The position numbers and the translations under genes are program-made. From IMG/VR virus record IMGVR_UViG_3300045988_160931, positions 46,005 to 110,004 of that record: a DNA stretch of 64,000 nt, one strand, 5' to 3'. Positions 61,508-64,000 of the stretch are shown one piece after another. The notes beneath the pieces are model-generated. The model saw nothing but the letters and a program-made list of their open reading frames with translations. It did not search any database and was not told the DNA's origin. This DNA is from a virus. The first letter of the stretch is position 1. The number at the start of each line of letters is the position of its first letter.

Positions 61508-61827
61508 ATTAAGCACAGCGCCAACCATCAATAATTATATAACGCTGTTATACATACATTCCGAAACAGAACCCGAAAACCAGAAACAAGATATCATCTA
61601 TATAGATCTATCCAGCGTCAACCACTATCCAGAGCCAGAACCGGGGAACTATTGCCAACCAGATGTGCCCACATGAGACCCACCACATGCCGCATATACG
61701 CTAATATCGCCACATATACGCCCATATACCCTTCACACTTATATATAAAGTATAGGGCTTATATAAGCCTCTGAGAAGCCAATACAAGCCCTTGCCTACT
61801 ATATAAGAGTATAGCAGTATACCGATT

Positions 61828-62115
61828 TTATCTGCCGATATTATCCGCTTTTTGGGGGGATGCCGCCGCCGCCATGGCTGCTAGCTCCGCCGTACTATCG
61901 TCTGGCACATACTCTAGTATATCGCCAGGTTGGCATCCTAGCAATGCGCATATTTTGTCAATCGTTACCATATTAAAAATCATAGGGTCATTTTTGTGTA
62001 TTTTGGTTACTACTGCACCGGGCATAATCTTTTTATTTTTCAATGTTGAAGGACTCAGCCCTTTATTTTTCAAAGTATCTTGCACATTTTCCTTAAAAAT
62101 AATAATCAAAATCAC
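61828..62115 (-). CDS. XRE-family helix-turn-helix transcriptional regulator
   Basis: KENVQDTLKNKGLSPSTL...VTIDKICALLGCQPGDILEYVPD matches the short Cro/CI-type HTH family (...LCxxLxCxPGDLLEY). Confidence 0.8.
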   Translation of the reverse strand: MILIIIFKENVQDTLKNKGLSPSTLKNKKIMPGAVVTKIHKNDPMIFNMVTIDKICALLGCQPGDILEYVPDDSTAELAAMAAAASPQKADNIGR

Positions 62116-62954
62116 ACCCTTGCTTTATTTTATTCTGTTTTATACCTCAATTTAGGTATATTGCACTAAAAAAAGAAATATTGCATACCTAAGTTTAGGT
62201 ATAATGCCTATTGCAATTATACCTAAAGCGTGGTATACTATAATCACAGAAAGCGAAAAGAAACCACAACAGAAAGCAAGCCAGAGGCTGCAAAGAGAAT
62301 CGACAAATAACGGCAATGATAGCCAGAAGGGAGGGAACCACAGTACAACAGAAAACGGGCTTACAACCCAAAACCCACCGGGGCAATGTTCCCCATAGCA
62401 CACCACAGGAAACAGAAGCAAGATCAAAGAAAAGCATCTGAAATAGTTTCCGGTATTGCATACAATTTCTAATATTATCGCTATTTCTCCATTATCCGCT
62501 ATCTATATAGCACCGGATAAATAGTTTCCGATATTTCAAAATTACTATGGATACCGCCACAAAACAATATTTCAATAGCATTTCAATTCAAAATTGTTTC
62601 TAGTTCCGCACTGCATCTTGACAATTTTATAATTTTTCAAATTCCAAAACGGCAGCACCGGGAACGAACCCGGAAGCGTTTGAGTGCGCCATGACGGCTA
62701 GGGAATACCCCAAAACCACCAGCGAATAACACAAAATAACGCCATGACCACGTTGCCCATTATGAGATCTTGAAAAATAGCCCTGTAGCCTTGGGGCGAT
62801 ATAATACCGCTGCTGTCGCTAGTCATTTTTACTAGCCCACTAGGGCTTATTTTAGCCACTAGAAATCGTGGTATCTTAATATCATTTGATATTATACCAC
62901 ATTTCAAAAGAAAATGCAAGTAAACAAAATGTGAATATTATGGAGGTAATAACT

Positions 62955-63296
62955 ATGAGTAAAAAGCACATGACAAGAAAAGCAATCCGCAATTTCCCGG
63001 GCGTATCTCACGTATACTATGTGGGAGACAATGATTTGCAATTTTTGTTATCTGATCCGGTATTCTATAATGCGGGGAGTTACGGCTGGAATTGGGACGG
63101 GTATTTACTGTTTGATCGTTCCGGCAGAACTATTATTATCAATACCGGATACCGTAACATGACAGGGAGAAAAATCCCGTGGGAGATCGCAAAAAAGTAC
63201 AATGATCTTGCAAGTGGTGAACACGATAGCGAAAAACTGAACGAACTTTTGTTTGATATGTTCGATGAACTCGAAAATTCCCAAAAAAACAATTAA
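62955..63296 (+). CDS. hypothetical early protein
   Basis: GGAGG SD 8 nt before ATG 62955; the track ORF opens at 62886. Contains the YNAGSYGWNWDGY motif seen in phage/plasmid small proteins. Confidence 0.55.
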   Translation: MSKKHMTRKAIRNFPGVSHVYYVGDNDLQFLLSDPVFYNAGSYGWNWDGYLLFDRSGRTIIINTGYRNMTGRKIPWEIAKKYNDLASGEHDSEKLNELLFDMFDELENSQKNN

Positions 63297-63391
63297 ATTT
63301 CCGTGGGTTTTGGACTGTATCCCATAAAAAACAGTATCCCCCACGCCGGAGGGCGTAAAGCTTAAAAATAAAAAAGGATGGTAAAAAAACT

Positions 63392-63607
63392 ATGAAAAGA
63401 CAAGTAAAAACCTTGTACCGCTGCACTTATGCAGTGTTAGGCGCAGATCGTCCTACACAACGTTATTTTGAGACGCTGGAGGGTGCAAAAAGTTTTTGGG
63501 AAATGCACGATTTTTGCGACTACCCGAAAACCTGCAATTTCACACCAGAACACGCTGCCGAAGTCATGGAACTTGAAAACATGGTTGACTATAAGGAGGT
63601 AGTTTGA
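63392..63607 (+). CDS. hypothetical early protein
   Basis: 71-aa ORF, ATG start. Confidence 0.5.
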   Translation: MKRQVKTLYRCTYAVLGADRPTQRYFETLEGAKSFWEMHDFCDYPKTCNFTPEHAAEVMELENMVDYKEVV

Positions 63608-63747
63608 AAATGAAATGGTATTCCGTAGAACTTACAAGAAAAGAGTGGATTGCTCTGCGTCCGGCTCTGAAAAATCCGTTTTCAATTTGAAAAATCAGAT
63701 GCAGATCTGGAAACGCTGGTATATATCAGCGTATGGAGGTATGAAGT

Positions 63748-64000
63748 ATGGAAATCTTAAAAAGAAGCAATACACCAGATGGGATAAAAATTCAGTTAGA
63801 AAAGTGGGGTGAGTATAATCATTATGCGGTTGCTGCTTATCCAACTTGTAAAACACATGGCTCTATTATTAAGTACGGGCGCCCTTTCCGCTTGGATATT
63901 TGTTTTCACAAATATAATCTTAACATGGAAGATTGCCTTTCAAGTGAAGTTATGGAAACCGCTAAAACGGCAGCGGAAACTTGTTTCTCTTGTCTGGAAT
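63748..64000 (+). CDS. hypothetical protein, 3'-truncated by the window end
   Basis: GGAGG SD 8 nt before ATG 63748. Hand translation MEILKRSNTPDGIKIQLEKWGEYNHYAVAAYPTCKTHG... stays open to position 64000. Not in the track because no stop is reached. Confidence 0.5.
   Translation, partial: MEILKRSNTPDGIKIQLEKWGEYNHYAVAAYPTCKTHGSIIKYGRPFRLDICFHKYNLNMEDCLSSEVMETAKTAAETCFSCLE

Larger units (their letters stand above)
57925..61827. other. 3.9-kb ORF-free, repeat-rich, strand-asymmetric tract
   Basis: Only two track ORFs of 60 aa or more (59825..60034; 60805..61113, low complexity). Stops occur in all six frames. See findings. Confidence 0.85.

Noticed and set aside
57925-61827. Alternative genetic code (stop-codon reassignment) as the reason for the missing ORFs
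   Set aside because: TAA, TAG and TGA all occur densely in all six frames here. The rest of the window has very long uninterrupted ORFs under the standard code (up to 2874 aa). None of the ten tRNAs has a suppressor anticodon.
62152-62461. Three mutually overlapping ORFs (62152..62427 -, 62195..62461 -, 62204..62398 +)
   Set aside because: All three lie in the T-depleted tract, where minus-strand stops (TTA/CTA/TCA on +) are rare by composition. Two frames are open at once, the products are implausible (Trp/Cys/Phe-rich or disordered), and there is no SD.

Overview
The window is almost entirely one large temperate tailed phage, siphovirus-like, from a low-GC Firmicutes-like background. Hand counts of single 60-nt lines give about 32% G+C over most of it. 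The integrase and a tRNA-3'-end-like attP have phage genes on both sides, so this is the unintegrated or circular arrangement, not a prophage with host flanks.

Layout:
- 0-8.1 kb (+): replication and nucleotide metabolism. RecD-like helicase, NrdD, NrdG, dUTPase, ThyX, Rnl2-like ligase.
- 8.3-9.75 kb: tyrosine integrase, attP and a terminator.
- 10.1-11.3 kb (+): an orphan gene behind a consensus promoter.
- 11.4-49.9 kb (-): one long late operon. In transcription order: small genes, metallophosphoesterase, TerS-like, TerL split by a group I intron carrying a LAGLIDADG endonuclease, portal, scaffold/protease, capsid, neck, major tail protein, an inserted Zn-ribbon/DUF5659-like/RecU-like cassette, chaperone-like genes, a second tyrosine recombinase, a 2874-aa tape measure, Dit, a 1883-aa Tal-fibre fusion, two more fibre/RBP genes, holin, endolysin.
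- 50.0-51.9 kb (-): ten tRNA genes interrupted by ORF-free spacers of 626 nt and 338 nt.
- 52.9-57.9 kb (-): a YonO/RdRP-like two-barrel RNA polymerase, a small membrane protein and two tandem RepA_N-like paralogs.
- 57.9-61.8 kb: an ORF-free, repeat-rich tract with strong strand asymmetry.
- 61.8-64 kb: an XRE regulator (-) and rightward early genes.

Most interesting, in order:
1. The 3.9-kb non-coding skewed tract and its motif arrays.
2. The tRNA-embedded spacers, which could be large structured RNAs of ROOL/GOLLD type.
3. The YonO-like RNAP.
4. The intron in the TerL Walker A motif.
5. Recurrent SD-plus-ATA/ATT starts, together with a CAT tRNA that has an unpaired 1:72 position.
6. The high-GC receptor-binding module grafted onto the tail fibre.

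All calls come from reading motifs and hand-folding. No searches were run.
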